Of a stretch of 64,000 bases of DNA, positions 46,603-59,052 are shown one piece after another (the first letter of the stretch is position 1; each line of letters opens with the position of its first letter). Below the pieces are notes generated by a model, which made no database searches, was not told the DNA's origin, and worked only from the letters and a program-made list of their open reading frames with translations. Source of the DNA: Felis catus (lineage: Eukaryota); assembly GCF_018350175.1 (NCBI RefSeq), contig NC_058368.1, positions 61,010,001-61,074,000 of the forward strand, given 5' to 3'. A program made the position numbers and the translations under genes.

Positions 46603-49600
46603 CGGTAGCAACTAAGAGTCTGGGAATTGAAAAATATCTTGGAGTTGTCATGCCAAACCTAAATAGACAATATTTAAATTATGTATTTTTAATTATATTG
46701 TTATTTTAATCCCAGGTATTTGGATTTTTTTTTTTTTTGTATTTTGTAGCTGGGCAGCCTGACAGATGGCATTTTAAAATCTGCTTGAATATTCCAGGTG
46801 TTTGGTTTCCATATCTGTTTACTTGAGGTAGAAGTACCTTCTCTGCCTAAGTTATAATATTGTTATAAAAATAAAATAAATGAATAAATAAATGCTACAC
46901 AATTAACAAAATGGAAAACCATACAGCTTCTAAAGAGATCTTTGAGCAATTGGCATTTTCCAAAATTACCCTAGACAGGTCAAGTGATAGAGGAGCCGAG
47001 TAATTCATGTTGGATTTATCCTGATGGTCCTGAATCTCCTTTCCGACAGATGCATGTCTTTCAATTATATTGGTATTGTTTTCTATTAGCAGGTCTTATA
47101 GTGGTCTTTCAATTAAATCTGACAAGAAATGGGAATGAGATGTTAGAAGGAAAATAATTCATGAAGGTGAATGTGTGTTTATTCAGAGAAGATTCACATA
47201 CACAGAAACATTGTAAACATATGCACACAATCTTTATATGTGATTGTGGTGGCATTTTAGAAATCAAGAAAATCTACTTCATAAGTGTAGATAAGACTTT
47301 TATTAGCATAATCTGATTTTTTCATAAATATGTGAGATGTTTGGAACAATATGACTTTGGAGAAATGGTATAGGTCTTTTTAGAGGATTACATTTGATCC
47401 TTGACCTTGAAAAGAAAAACACTATTTTGAATGTGGGTGACAATTTAAGTTATGAGTGAAACCGAAAACTAATGGATAGGCCAACCAGGATAGAAAAAGA
47501 TCAGGTTTGAATTGAGACTAAAATACCACTATTATAGAATGCCCTCTCTGGAAGCTAGTTTTTTAGTGACGTGTAAGTTAAAGAGGATCATTCATGTATT
47601 TTTGCAAGTTCTGTTTCATGAAAACATTTGAAATGCCACTGGTATTCTACATTAAACTTGTCCCTCAGTTCTTTTCAGGCACCTGAGCAGTCACTACCTC
47701 TAAGAAGTGTTTGGGATACTTTTAAGTCACTTGACATTAGAACTTTAATAATGGCTGCTTTTAAGCAAATATCTGATCCAAATACATTTTCTGGAAAGGC
47801 TGCAGAAGGTGAAGCTCTAAAGTAGATATTAGACCTTCATGAAAAAGCAGAGATGTAGCCAGAGTAGTCCTTGAAGACTGAACTCATCTGTGCCTGTATT
47901 TGTGTACCTCCATGTGAATCAGTGGCACAGAAGGAATTGGTGCCAATGAGTATTTGAGAAACATGCTTACCTGCTGAGAAAAGCCTGAAGACACCTTTAT
48001 ACTTCTCCACCTCCAACTGATGTGTCTACAGAAATGTGGCTTATAAAGGGCAAAGAGACTTAAACTGTTTTATGAGCAGTGGTTTGAATTTTAATAGCAT
48101 CATTAGGCCATGGTGTGTGACTTATTGTCACTTTAAAATGTGCATTATAAAAAAAATCAAAAGCTAATAAAAGTGTTAGTTAGGTGATAACTTCATCCAT
48201 AGAAGGTCAGATGTAAGAGTATAGCAAATTGACAGGTTAATTGTTCTCATTAAGCATACAGGTTATCTTAAATTTGTATTATTAATATAACCTTCAGAGG
48301 AAAAATGTCCTGAGCATTTTAGCAGCAACCCATGCTGTTTTTTTTTTAATTGTTGTTTTAGTCTTTCACATTATCATGTGAACAAATGAGGAAGAAAATG
48401 TGTTTGAAGTTTTATTCAAGCATTCTATAGGATAAAATAATTGCAAGTGCTCTGTTTAAAATACATACCAAGGTAATGTTATTGGAGCCAAGGATTTGTG
48501 GAAGACACACAAAACCCTTAGGAATTGTAGGATTGAGAAATGAGGATGAACAGAATCTGATGGTTAATAGCAATGAGAAATTAACCTCAAAATGTAGCTA
48601 TGCTTTATTGGAAGAGAAGAATCACTAGAATATGGATACAAAATTTGCTGCATATATTTACTACAGTCAAAGTGCTGGGCTTTGATGCACAGTGCTGATG
48701 AGATGTATTTTGTAAGCACTGCAGCAAAAGAGAATTTTATGGAATGTGCAACAGGGGCTTGCAAGGAGATGTAAAAAACAAAACAAAAAAAAGCTCTTTC
48801 AATGATGGACGCTAGATCTAAATTAAATCTTTGTAGAAGAAATTGCTCTCTTTTTCACACTGGTGCTGAGACGACAGAGCCCAGTGCTGGCACGAGAATA
48901 TTCTTGTGGAATCCATCTCATATTTTCACAGCCCAGATGAGCTGTTAGTGTCTTCTGTTCATAATGCATATAGGTTCTGATTAAGCTAGCTCATCTGACT
49001 TAAGTTAGCTTCCCTCTGGCTAACTTACAATACCCTGGTTAATTGGGGCAAAGGTGTAGAAACACCACAAAGTATAATAGACAGGAATAAAAACTGCTTT
49101 CCCAAAACTCTGTTAGACATTGAATTATACCTTTTTTATAAGCCTTTGTTGCAAAAAAGACATACTCAAATACATACACAATACAAACAATGGGCTCATG
49201 CAAGAGGTTAAAAAAAAAAAAAAATTCCAGGCACATAGATGGAGGTGTCTCCTGTAAGTAACAGGAAGTAATGAAGGTATTCCAAAGATGCTAAGAGAAG
49301 TCATAGGCCTGACATGTAAAACTGCTGAGTTTGAGTTTTATAAGTAATTGATTAATCAAAATTTAGTGAACATTTGTAAATAAATGGAAAATAATTTTAT
49401 GTAAAATCTAAAAATGTATCTTTGTATCACTAGTAACTTTATCATTTTTTTTTGTCAGAGCACCTCATATTTAAGAATGATAGTTCAGTGGAAAGTTGCA
49501 TAGAGTTAGATGTTTCAGTTAAAGTGTCAATATTTTACTCCCATAGTCAGAGTTTTTCTTTATTTCATGTGCAGTGAAGTTGAATCACAAAGTTCATTAG

Positions 49601-50179
49601 AAGAATACTTGGGGAAGCGAATTTAGGAGGTCCTGTTTTTACCCCAGGGCATCTTTTAAGGATTTTTGGTAATGTAGATTCAGTTAAGTCTCTGATCCTG
49701 TTTCTACATTTGCAAAATAAAGGGATAAAGAATCTGAGATCTACTGATTACATATAATGTTCAAGGACATTCTGTTTGATTATTTAATAGATATTTTCAG
49801 TCAAAAATTATCTAAAACTTAGATCCTATTAGTCTTATTTTAAATAAGAAAAAAAAGTTAGATTCAAAGATGTTACATAATTTGCCTGTAGGCTTCAGGT
49901 CTAACTCCAGTCTAATTCCAAAGATTAATACTTTTGTGTGTACAGAAGGGTTATGCTAGACCAATTGTATGATCTTTTCTAGTTCAAAATGCCCACGTAT
50001 TAATGTTATATGTTCAATTGTGACTGATGATTTGATCTGATTTACATTTACTAGTGAGTCTGAATCCTTTTAACATACCGGTATGTAACCTGCTTTGGAA
50101 TGTCCAAATTGCAGAAATAAATGCCAAACCAACATGGCTAAAAAATAACTGTCAAAGCCAACCTGTGAGGATTAAATAA

Positions 50180-51020
50180 ACTCTCAAACACTGATGACCT
50201 TCCATGTTAAAGTTGAACATGTGTGTAATCTGTTACCTCATAATTCTGTGCACACTGGGGGACATGTGTGAGAATGTTCAAAGCTGTATTTCTAATTTGT
50301 ATGAAATTACATGCACAAAATTCTTTAAAAATGGAATATATACTTGAACATAATGGCATCACTAAAGAACGATTCTAAACCACAAAGGGGGAGAAGAAAT
50401 TTTCAGCACAAAATTGATTAAGTTCCAACTACCATCAGAAGTAGAATGGATCTGGGTGCCTGGGTGGGTGGCTCAGTCAGTTAAGCCTCTGACTCTTGGT
50501 TTTGGCTAAGGTCATGATCCCATGGTTGGTGGGTTTGAGCCCTGTGTTGGGCTCCGCGCTGATAGCATGAGGCCTGCTTGGGATTCTCTCTCCCTTTCTC
50601 TTTGTCTCTCACTTGCTTGCTGTTTCTCTCAAAATAAATAAACTTTAAAAAAAAGTAGAATGGATAAATAAGACTATATTCACACTATAGGATATTCTAG
50701 TTGAGAGTAATGCACTAACTATGAATAAGACAACATGGATAATCTTACAAACGTAATGTTGGATTTAAGTCATATATAGAGAAATCTATATGATTCTGGT
50801 TAAGTGCAAAATCAGGCAATTCTGAAATATGTTAGAAATCAGGAAATTAGAGTAGAGAGTGGATATTGATCGAAGCTGAAAGAAGGTGGCTCTCTATTGC
50901 TGGCAATGTGCTTTTTCTTCTTGAGTAGCAGTGAAACATGCATTCACTCTGAAAATTCATTGATTCTGTGTTTGAGTTATTCATCTTTGTACACAGGTCA
51001 TAATTTACAATTTAAAAATT
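50180..51020 (+). mobile_element. Ancient L1ME-type fragment
   Basis: 'acaacatggataatcttacaaacgtaatgttgga' and 'tgcattcactctgaaaattcattga' resemble old L1 3' regions. Confidence 0.55.
50452..50652 (+). mobile_element. CAN-SINE
   Basis: TSD AAGTAGAATGGAT at 50439-50451 and 50653-50665. Confidence 0.94.
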
Positions 51021-52240
51021 TTAAAGCAAATTACTAAGTAAAAAGTTAAATGAAACCATGACAGTTATTTAGTAAACCTAGGATAAAGATCACCAAACAG
51101 TATTATTTAGTCCCCAAATCCTACATGAATGACGACTCCTCTATACCCCCTGACTTGTCTAGAATAATTTTGGCAAGTGTCAGTTACTCAAGGATCCCTT
51201 CAGAGGCTTTAATTAAGCCTCAGTGAGCTTTAATTAAGCGGAGACTTTTTATTTACTTCATAAATCTTTGGCTATTTTGATAATGACTACCTGAAATTCA
51301 GTTAAAAAAAAGTATTTCTCATTAAGTATGTATTTTTTATGTGGTTTATCTATTTGAAGAAGGACCTTATATTTTGTCACATCTTGAAAAGAGTTTGGTT
51401 GCATGTCACAAAAACAGTTTTCATTTGAAAAGTATATCCTGATAGAAAAAATGTTTTTCAACCTCTCCTCTTTTAAAGTTTAGTTTTAGGTATTCTCTTC
51501 CCCAGACTATTACCATTTCATATTTTTTTGCTTTGTCACACTGTACTCTCACCCAGATATCTTTGACCTGATATCCCTAGTGTCCCTTTTTGTCCCCCAG
51601 TCATTTCATTGTCCGTCTTCGCTATTTTCATCTCTTCAACATTTCTCTATTTTATAGTTCCTTTGCCAACAAATTTTGCTTTTCTCTATTGCTTCTGTCA
51701 TTCACTTACCAAATGAACCTCTTTTACTTCCCATTAACTGAAATCAGAGACCTGCCTCTACATGCCATAGGTACTATCAGTGATGCTAAAAACAATAGAG
51801 AATATTTATTTAAAATACTTTGCATTTCTGCAGTTGTTAGCACTGTATGTTTCCTGCCTTCCTGGCCAGCTTTTAGCTTATTAATAGCAAACTCTATCTT
51901 TCTCCAGTTTTTCTGATTATTTTCTAGGACCATTGTAGACCTTTTCCCCTTTGTCCACAAAAGTTGTTTCTTACTATGAATCTTTGTACCTCTATGATTT
52001 ACCAAGTCTCCATAAGCAGTGTCTTCCAAGTTTCTGATTGTAACGTAACTATATGCTGATGGCATCCATATTCTTTTGAAGTGCCCTGAGACCATGATTT
52101 GGGTGCTAGCTACTGTTTTACATGTGAAAAGGTCTCAGTGAAGAGTGGTGAGTGTAAAATGAGATAAGGATGAGAAGGAAGGCAAAAAGTGCATTATCAG
52201 ATGTTACTGTGATAAGCACCTGGAGAAAAATTCAGTGGGC

Positions 52241-52428
52241 TTTTTTTTTTTCTTTTAATATTTTGAGAAAGAGAGAGTGTGAGCAGGGGAGGGGCAGAGA
52301 CAGTGGGAGACACAATCCGAAGCAGGATCCAGGCTCTGGGCTGTCAGTACAGTAGCTGGATGTGGGGCTCGAACCTGTGAGATGTTAGATCTTGACCTGA
52401 GCCGAAGACTGAGCCACCCATGTGCCCC
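52241..52428 (-). mobile_element. CAN-SINE
   Basis: SINEC body; GTGGGCT on both flanks. Confidence 0.92.
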
Positions 52429-54161
52429 CTGTGGGCTACTTCTTAAGAGTCAGTAGGATGCATGATTCGGTCATATGGCCAGAGCTGCGACAAAGTAGGT
52501 GTGTTTGTCCACTGGTAGGGGACTTCTAAAGTCAGTGTCCCAGTACTTTTGGCCTCCTTGCAGTCAGAGAAGACTGCGCTGTCAAAATTTTCAGCCAAAA
52601 TCACATAAGTGCTGGTAGGTAGACGTTGGGCCAGTATTTATAGAAATAGAAGTGGAGGGGATGTGGATGGGTCAGAGGCAGGATCTTTGCTCTACTCAAA
52701 GCCAGTCATGTACTACATATCAAATCTATAGTGTATTTTTGCTGATTATAGTGGGTATTAATAACTTTAAAAAGAGAGTTTATTGAGTGAATCAGCATTC
52801 TCTGTCAATCGATGAAGTTGGTTCCAAGTCAGTAATCAGTGGCCTCATCATCTTCTACCACCCGTTCTAGGGCTCTTTACTCTCAGAAGCATACCTGCTG
52901 GTCTGGGTGGCTTTCTCAGTGGGTAACCTAGATCTTTATCCCTGGGGATCTAAGCCCCCAATTATAATGTTATGTCAGGCCATCAGTGTTGCAACTGCAG
53001 AGTCAAGGACACACTCGTGGAATCCACTGAATTTATCTCTCACTGCTCACATTTTGTGGCAGAAACATTCCATAATAATAATAGTATTATTATTATATAG
53101 TTTATATTATAAGATTATTTATAATAATAAGTATATAAAGAGGTCATTTCTCTTGACTGGAAAGTAACTCCTTTCTTTACATACATGTCTACTTTTATAA
53201 GAGCTCCAAATGAGCATTAGCAGCAGTCACTTTAATTTTACTGGGCTGCATACTACATCCAGTGGTATGTGGTCCTATCTCATTTCCAGAAACCAGGAGC
53301 TTTAGATTTACAGAACCTAAAGTTAGACGATTTTATAAATTTACATTCCACATTTTAACTCAAAATCCCCATTGAACCTGTCAAATGTGGTGTAAGAGTA
53401 GCAGTCTCACATTTGTAAAAGCCACAGAAAATCAGGTTTGCTCTTACATTAAGGCAAGAGGATTTCTAAGTGATACAGGCTATTTAGTAGAAACTTACCA
53501 GAACATACTATTTAAACTCAGACATTTGAAAGTATAGTTCATCAAAAATCAAAATCAAAACATGGAGGGCTCTTTTTTCCCCTCCACGTTATTAATTAGA
53601 AATCAAACCTAACATAAGCAAAACTGTATCAGAAAGAAACAGTTCACACAATTGAGGAAAGATTCCATGAAAACTACAGAGGAAGAGAGCTTTGGGCTGT
53701 TAGGGTGGTTGGAGCTTGTGTAGGGGGTTTTGCAGTATTTCTCTGGGTAATTCAACTAGAGTTTCCTTCAGATGCTCTACTCAGTATTCAAGTCCTAGAA
53801 GGGTGGAGACTCTTTTGTGTCATTTTGCGTATTTACCTTTCTGCAGATAGCAGGAGCAGTTCCTTATGTGGATAAATGCTGAGATAAAACCATAATTAAA
53901 AAAAACCCAAGTGTTCCCTACATTTTACCCCTTGGCTGTCAAGCAAATGCATGTGTACATACCTGCACATACACACTATTAAATAATTCTAAAAAATGTT
54001 CATGGAGACTATGTGATGTCTTATTAGGACAGGATACAAAGTCACAGCCAGAGACACTTTTATGGGTTCACTGACCTCTGATGATGTAGTCTCCGATTGG
54101 CCTCAGCCCTCCTGTGATTTCATCACAATGGCATGGAAAAGGGAGAGAAAAGGATATTATT

Positions 54162-54163
<2 letters not shown>

Positions 54164-54193
<30 letters not shown>
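54164..54193. repeat. (TAA)n microsatellite
   Basis: About 10 units seen directly. Confidence 0.95.
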
Positions 54194-54194
<1 letters not shown>

Positions 54195-55404
54195 TATTAT
54201 ATTATGTATTTATCATACATAATAAATGCTTGGTATGTGTGTATCATGCATGTGTATCTAGCAAGCAAGGAAAAACCGGAAGTGGCCTCTTTATGAAACT
54301 GATATTTGTGACTCTCATGTTCCATTTCCCATTATCTTTATTCCTGTCTTCAAGTGGGCCTTCGGCTGAATCGAAACCTTTTCTACATTGAGCCAAAATC
54401 ATCATTCCTGAGAGTTGTCTAAGATCAAATAATTCCATCAGCATCTCACATTCTACCAGTTTGCTTCATCTATGCTAGGTGGCACTATCAGCCTCTAAAG
54501 AAGAGCAAATATTATTGTGTGTTGGCTAAAATGTCCCTGTCCATTAGTCTGAAAACTTCTGTACATGAATAGAAATATTCTCATTAGTCACAGAAATTAA
54601 AAGCATTTATCCTGTGTGTGGTGTGAATAGGGGCAGTAGGAGGATACCTCAATTCCCAGAGCAATTGGTTGGTTCTGAGACCAATATATTATGATTTTGC
54701 TAGAAAAGCACTATATATGAAACATTTGTTCAAATAAAGTTACACCTAATATTATGGTACATAATTTTTCTTTAATCCCTTAGCCAAATGTTCAGTGGGC
54801 CATTTTACTTACTGTATAAATCAGGTATAAAATTTGACTAATAAACCCTATGGTGTAAGCCTCTTATGTATTTTTTTTTCACTGAAGTATAATTGTTAAC
54901 GTGTGGAATATCACAATGGAGTGTTAGAGTTTCAGAAAATTCCTAGACTGTTGCAAATAGAGACCTGAGAGGACAGAGTTATAAGATTATATGCATATTA
55001 AATGCATTTCTAGTGAGAAATAACCACTGTTGTATTGGCAGTGGAAGGAAGCAAACATAATCTGAATTGGTAATAAGATAAAAAATCTTAAAAACAGGGA
55101 AACTGAAGGAGCAAAATTACTTGTATTCCAAAGACATATATCCCACCATACTGTCCTCCTCCTCAGTCCAAACCTACTTGTAAACAAGTTCTTCACATCC
55201 AGTTAAGGCATCAGGATCACAAATGGCCCTTTATAATATGCAAAGGAGGCATAGCATAATTAAACAGTCATGTCTACATGTGAACATCTACATTTACCCC
55301 AGGAGTGCCATTTTAAAATGTAAGTTTTAATGGGAAGGAACTCCTAGTGGTTTCATGTGGAGACTTCAAGAATAAGAGGAAATAGTGATGGGATTTACCT
55401 TGTT

Positions 55405-55581
55405 GTTGTTGTTGTTGTTGTTGTTAAGTTTATTTATTTTGAGAGAAAAAGAGAATCCAAGCAGCCTCCACACTGTCAGTGCAGAGCCCAACATGGGGCT
55501 CAGACCCACAAACCATGAGACCATGACCTAAGTTGAAATCAGGAGGCAGCCTCTCAACTGACTGAGCCACCCAGGCACCCC
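55405..55581 (-). mobile_element. CAN-SINE with a (TTG)n tail
   Basis: SINEC body; TTAC(C/A)TTGTT on both flanks. Confidence 0.9.
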
Positions 55582-55618
55582 TTACATTGTTTTAAAGGAT
55601 CATTAAAACTAGATTCTG

Positions 55619-55771
55619 GGGGCACCTGAATTCTGGGGGCTTATTCGGTTATCATCTGACTCTTGGTTTCAGCTCAGTTCATGATCTCACAGTTCATGAG
55701 ATCCTGACCCGAGTCTGGCTCTGTGCTGACTGAGAGGAGCTTGCTTGGGATCTTCTCTCTGGTCTTCCCCT

Positions 55772-55810
<39 letters not shown>

Positions 55811-55870
55811 TTCTCTCTCTCTCTTCCTCTCCTCTCTCTCTGTCCTCCCCCTACTCAAATAAATAAATAA
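55619..55870 (+). mobile_element. CAN-SINE with a long CT tract
   Basis: AAAA(C/A)TAGATTCTG on both flanks. Confidence 0.9.
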
Positions 55871-56338
55871 AAAATAGATTCTGAAAAGTTAGGGAAATGA
55901 ACACAGGCTGTGTTGGGAATCAAACTACATTTGGTTTGAAATGTACTTGTGTCAAAACTTAATTGTGTTTGCTTCAGTGATGACTATTTTACTTATACTT
56001 ACTATAGAAATCAGTTTAATGTTTAATTTTATAAAAGGTATTCTTTTCAATTCTCCAAATTCACAGGATTCATGACTTCTGAAAAGATAGGCCCATTGAA
56101 TTCCGTCAGTCCCACTAAGGTTTTCACATAAATGCAATTAACCAAAGTGACGTTAATTGTTCCTTGTTTCAATTGTCTACAATTGCAAATGGCTAAGTGG
56201 CAAAAAGTAACTCTAAATTTACATATTGCTTAATACATGTAAGTGCTCAATATGTCATTAATCCTTGGCATTATTATTACCTTAGATAAGTTTAATATAG
56301 TAAAGAAAACATTTTGGGTCGTTTAGCAGTAATTCTTT

Positions 56339-56559
56339 GTTTTTTGTTTTGTTTTTTGTTTTTCATTTTGTTAATGTTTATTTTTGACAGTGTGCGAGCA
56401 AGGGAGGGGAAGAAAGAGAGAAGGACACAGAATCCAAAGCAGGGTCCAAGCACTGAGCTGTCAGCTCAAAGCCCAAACCGGATCTTGAACTCACAAATTG
56501 TGAGATCATGACCTGAGCCAAAGTCGGATACTTAACTGACTGAGCCACCCAGGTGCCCC
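56339..56559 (-). mobile_element. CAN-SINE (first of a double stack)
   Basis: AATTCTTT at 56331-56338 and 56563-56570. Confidence 0.92.
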
Positions 56560-56570
56560 TGGAATTCTTT

Positions 56571-56763
56571 TTTTGTTTTTAATATTTCATTTTATTTTAG
56601 AGCACATAAGTAGAGGAGAGGGGCAGAGGGATAGAGAGACTCTTAAGCAGGCTCTACAATCTGCATGGAGCCAGGCAAGGGACTCAATCCCAGAAACCTA
56701 GGATTGGGATCTGAGCCAAGGTTAAGAGTCAGACGTTAACTGACTGAGCTACCCAGGGTCCCC
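56571..56763 (-). mobile_element. CAN-SINE (second of the double stack, older type)
   Basis: Followed by AATTCTTT at 56767-56774. Confidence 0.9.
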
Positions 56764-57436
56764 AGAAATTCTTTTAAGTTCTTACTAGAATTTTGAATGT
56801 AAATCATGGCTTTCTAAATTGGGACATCTTTCTGACCAAGGTGGCTGCTTACCACATGTAAATTTGTTGTATTTACATCAGCCTCAATCTAGAAGATGAA
56901 TTCTAGTTCTCCATGATGAGACCAAATAGCATGTATTACAATTCCCCCTCCCCAAATAAGAAAAGACTTTTTAGTGTGCCAAGTTAACATGTCTGGAGGC
57001 AGGTTGAGAAGCTGGTGTAGCTGGGGTCTAATGTCAAATATTAAAAGGAAGCAGCTATTGGTTTTGTGTTTAGTGTTCCAAAATGCAAATAATTACACCA
57101 CATTGATGGCTTCTAAAATTTACCATGATGGAGTTGGATGAATTGTCATTTGTAGAGCAACACTGTTACAGAATTACCTGAGGTTTAATCCTGTTTTCAC
57201 AGTCTACTTAAGTAAAATAGTAGACTTATTTCCAGTAATAATTATCATATTTAAATCCATAGACATTTTCAATTTAGCCTTCTGTATCATTAATCTTTTG
57301 CCCTATTTTATGTACATGTTTCCAACAAAATAAGCTTGAAGAGTACACTCTATTAGTCATCTTAAACAGTCTTATATTAAGCAATTTACCAAATTTACTA
57401 ATACATTCTATTTCCTCTTGAAAATAATTATTATAT

Positions 57437-57555
57437 AATTTTTAACAGCTTTATTGAGGAATAGCTAAAGAACTATATATATTTAATATGTACAATTTGA
57501 TGAGTTTGGGCATATGCAAATACCCACAATACCATCGCCACAATAAAAGGTAACC
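57437..57555 (-). mobile_element. L1MA/L1MB-type 3' terminus fragment
   Basis: 'aacagctttattgaggaatag...gtacaatttgatgagtttgggcatatgcaaatacc', similar to the 12296 terminus. Confidence 0.8.
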
Positions 57556-57559
57556 GTCT

Positions 57560-58040
57560 AGATGAAGTTTTGTTGATTTTCACTATACTGCCAAGTGTAC
57601 CATTGATCAAATAAGGAAATTTATTTTATTTAGGTTATTGCAGTAAGAGGAAAATCCCAGAGAGAATTAAGTTGTAACTGGGTAAATTGGATTTTTTTTT
57701 TTGTGATCATGGGAAGTCTCAAACTTCTGGATAGGACATGTTTATCTGTGTACTTAGCTAGTTTCACAGGGACAAATAGTTCAGCTCATCTTTCATGAGA
57801 TAAAAAATGGAGGTGGTGGTCCTGTGTGTCTGGCTTGTCAGCATGTTCAGATGAAAGGGAAATATCTGTGTGGCCATGTCACAGGTAAACGAGTTGTCCC
57901 TGAGTCTTAGAGTAGTCGTGAGGAGGAATGGACACCCCATTTCACTGAAATTATTTGGGACAGGTTTCTTTTTGGTTGAAATCTGTTTCTCAGAACACAG
58001 AAGGATGGAGGGACTTACTGTTTTCCAGGATCTTGTATCA
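57560..58040 (-). mobile_element. Possible ERV LTR remnant (MER31/MER67-like)
   Basis: 'tgatcaaataaggaaatttattttatttaggttattgcagtaagagg' resembles the antisense poly(A)/U5 region of such LTRs; weak. Confidence 0.3.
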
Positions 58041-58069
58041 GGTAACATGTGACTTTTGTCACCACTGTA

Positions 58070-58260
58070 ATCTTTGTTATTTCCTTCCTTCTACCTGCTT
58101 AGTATTGTTTGCTCTTATTTTTCAGTTAAAGGGAAAGTTTAGGTTATTGATTTAAATTCTTTTTAAAATACTTATTTGCAGTTATACACTTTCCTGTAAG
58201 CACTGCTTTAGTTATGTATCATAAGTTTTGGTATGTCATCTCAAAGTTCAAAATAGCCAT
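58070..58260 (-). mobile_element. Old L1 ORF2 fragment
   Basis: 'actttcctgtaagcactgctttagttatgtatcataagttttggtatgt' is a typical antisense L1 ORF2 motif. Confidence 0.7.
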
Positions 58261-58490
58261 TTCTTTTGTTCATGATGGTTACATTCATCACTGAAAAATT
58301 CAAGCAGTCATAAACCTCCTGTGTAGGGTTAATGTGGGCCTAACAAATAATCTCTCACAAACTCCAAAGCCAGTTGAACCTCTTGAGGCATAATAAAAAA
58401 CATCAGGTGATTTACAGTCCTGGAGAACAGACCTCTTAAAAGAGGGATACATGAAATGGAAGAGACAAATATTCATGTGAAAGTTGTGGT

Positions 58491-58703
58491 GGTGCACCTG
58501 GGTGGTAGGGTGGGTAGGTAGGTAGTAGGATCCTACTCCTGAATTCCACTCAGGTAATGATCTCACATTTCGTGGAATAGAGCCCCCCACTGGGCTGTGT
58601 GCTGACAGTGTGGAGACTTGTTGGAATTTTTTCTCTCCCTCTCTCTCTGCCCCTCCCCTGCTCGTTCTTACTCTCAAAATAAATAAACATTAAAAAATAA
58701 TCT
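58491..58703 (+). mobile_element. CAN-SINE
   Basis: AAAGTT(G/A)TGGT on both flanks; GGTA-type expansion in the head. Confidence 0.9.
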
Positions 58704-58840
58704 TAAAAGTTATGGTAAAGAGTCAGGAGATGAATCCTGAGACTCTTCATTCCAGCAAATTCCAAAAGGATGGTGAATGAAAATCTTCCTACTGTGCTAA
58801 TTCCTCATAAAATGTGACACGTTTTTAAAGATAAAGCGTC

Positions 58841-59052
58841 GGGGTGCCTGAGTGGCTCAGTCTGTTAAGCATTATACTTCAGCTTAGGTCATGATCTCAG
58901 TTTGTGGGTTCCAGCCTGATGTCAGGCTCTGTGCTGACAGCTCGGAGCCTGGAGCCTTTTTCAGATTCTGTGTCTCCTTCTCTCCCTGCCCCTCCCTTGT
59001 TTGTGCTCTATCTCCCAAAAATAAATAAATATTTTTAAAAAGTAAAAAAACA
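58841..59052 (+). mobile_element. CAN-SINE
   Basis: 'ggggtgcctgagtggctcagtctgttaagc...aaaaataaataaat'. Confidence 0.93.

Noticed and set aside
51590..52095. Overlapping 108-aa (+) and 123-aa (-) ORFs
   Set aside because: No recognisable domain, no convincing splice context, and the composition fits degraded ancient repeat or random DNA.
53072..53096. 25-bp (ATA)n-G-(TAT)n palindrome
   Set aside because: Low-complexity AT trinucleotide sequence, expected in this background.
52450..53400. Possible ERVL/MaLR internal remnant
   Set aside because: The resemblance is too vague to support without an alignment.
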